From Orbicella franksi (lineage: Eukaryota), in assembly GCA_964199315.1 (NCBI GenBank), contig OZ116704.1, forward strand, positions 12,400,001 through 12,464,000: a DNA stretch of 64,000 nt, in the 5' to 3' direction. Under the pieces are notes generated by a model. The model did no database searches and was not told the origin of the DNA. It worked only from the letters and a program-made list of their open reading frames with translations. Both the position numbers and the translations under genes were made by a program. Below, piece after piece: positions 33,113 through 64,000 of this stretch (positions within the stretch are counted from its first letter, which is position 1; each line of letters opens with the position of its first letter).

Positions 33113-33319
33113 ACCATTTTACAGTTGTCTGCTTAGTGACCTGGCCTTGTTTTGATACAGACCGCACTGCTTTTGTCATGTAAATGCACGTAGTTAGCAT
33201 CAGAACAACTTGTTTTACACAACAAAACCAGTGAGGTCTGTATCAAAACAAGCTCTGGAGAGCCCCAGCCTCGCTGCCATCCAAAGGCCAGGTCACTAAG
33301 CAGACAACTGAAAAATGGT
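33113..33319. mobile_element. MITE with about 35-bp terminal inverted repeats
   Basis: ACCATTTTACAGTTGTCTGCTTAGTGACCTGGCCT / AGGCCAGGTCACTAAGCAGACAACTGAAAAATGGT. Confidence 0.75.
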
Positions 33320-33360
33320 CTATTGTTCTTCCCGGTTGATGCGTGACACTTAAATGGATA

Positions 33361-33568
33361 AAGACATTCAAAAGAAAATAAATTGAAAACTGATAAAGGT
33401 AGACAAATCTAGTGAAATATCACAAACGTTTCGGGTGGCATAGCCCTTCTTCAGTGTGACACTGAAGAAGGGCCATGCCCGAAATGTTAATTTGTGATTT
33501 TTCACAAGATGACACTGAGATTTTTCTACCTTTTCAGTTTTCAATTTTTATCTTCTTTTGAATGTTTA
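33361..33568. repeat. About 200-bp imperfect palindrome with back-to-back hammerhead-ribozyme-like cores (Penelope-like terminal remnant)
   Basis: Centre at 33458. + strand: CTGAAGA-A-GGGC-CAT-GCCC-GAAA (33462-33484). - strand: CTGAAGA-A-GGG-CTATGCCA-CCC-GAAACGTT (33454-33425). Confidence 0.55.
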
Positions 33569-34817
33569 TATGGGTTAACATGCAGTTTCATTTTCCATTG
33601 AAAACATCCACGCCACGTGCTTGGCACGCATTCCCGAGGAAGAACTGGGTAAGTCTAAATATCACTAGAGGGATTGGGAATACGACCAGTATAGGGGATT
33701 AACTCTCTTACTCTTTATTCTCTCTTGGTGTACAGCATTTCGAAACATGAAATGACTGTTAAGTCGTAGAGCCTCCTATGAAGACATCCTTTGAGCTCGT
33801 CACAAATTCTGACGAGCCAAGACACGGTTGCCACAGATCTAACTTTTCAAAATTCCGACTTTTCCCTGATGAAAATCAAATTTCCCTGACCAAATAAATA
33901 CGAAATGTCACATCTAGCAGTGGCTTCTGGCCTCAACTTACAGCCGTCCTTTCCGCCCGTTCATGAAGACTGATAACTTTTCAACAAATCTTCCTCTTCA
34001 TCAAGGAAAAATATCATTGAGATCACAGTGACCCCAAAAGTTTTTCATCCAGCCCTCAACGGTATTTAATCAGCCGTGTTAAATTATTTCAATTTTCCCG
34101 ACTTCTCTTCAAAATGTCAATTTTCCCTGACAAAGTAAAATTTCCTGACTTTTCCTTGACCTCGAAGAATTTTTTTTTCCCTGACCATTTCCTGACATAT
34201 GGCAATCATTGTATTCTGATGTGCCAAGAGAGGTTACTTCAGTCAGTTCTTTCGGAAGGTCGTCTTTAATTTTTTTTTTTTTCGCTTCTTTCGGGAAGTC
34301 GATACTTTCTGGGATCGTTGCTTTCGAAACGCAACAGTTTTTAAGGAACACCGAGACATGATAAAAATGTTCAATCGTTTTTATTCTTGTATAAGCCCGT
34401 AATAACACTGTACAGAATGAGCGAATATCACAATTCTGGTACGATAATATGGAATATGGCCTAGCTTGTCAAAAATATCTTCCCTTCAAAAAACCATAAA
34501 ACGGTCTTGATGATTTCGCAGAACAATGTTTCAGTTATATCATATTCAATATAATAGGAAGAATGAACGAATGGAGAAGGGCTTTTAAATTCTTTGATAA
34601 ATGAAAAAAAGGCTTTAGCATATATTAAGAATACATCAGCGCAAAGTGCCTTTATAATATCGAAGACACGTGATTGTCACTCTAAAAGATAAGCCATCAC
34701 AGCAAGGGGTGATTCATCAGTCCATTACACTCCAATCCACTCTCAGCGTGGTTTACATCAGTGCGTGATCATTCCAAAAAACCAATGCAGCAAAATTCCA
34801 CTCGCGATAATGTTTGA

Positions 34818-64000
<29,183 letters not shown>

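Overview
Eukaryotic genomic DNA, probably an anthozoan cnidarian such as a stony coral (inferred from the repeat families and protein style, not proven). Left to right: the last four coding exons of a tektin gene (+, 561-3196); a complete 23-exon Na+/K+-ATPase alpha gene (+, paralog A, stop at 29964) with three candidate alternative first coding exons; a 4.85 kb gap between convergent 3' ends, containing an N gap, a CAA/CAG microsatellite and a hammerhead-like palindrome; and a second Na+/K+-ATPase alpha gene on the - strand (paralog B, 34818 to beyond 64000). One 8.1 kb intron of B holds an intact split-direct-repeat tyrosine-recombinase retrotransposon (Ngaro/DIRS order, 56715-62470) nested in a MITE, plus a deleted hAT derivative. 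The strongest candidate for a new system is the paralog pair. B carries substitutions across the cardiotonic-steroid pocket (Q111K, Q119D, N122D, W310L, E312V, L793Q, T797I; sheep alpha1 numbering aligned by eye) that A mostly lacks. The cytoplasmic-domain exons and one intron show tracts of near identity that suggest gene conversion. Both genes also host an intronic box C/D snoRNA (three copies) whose D-box guide matches the 18S rRNA site equivalent to human Am468. All coordinates were read by hand and no database searches were run.
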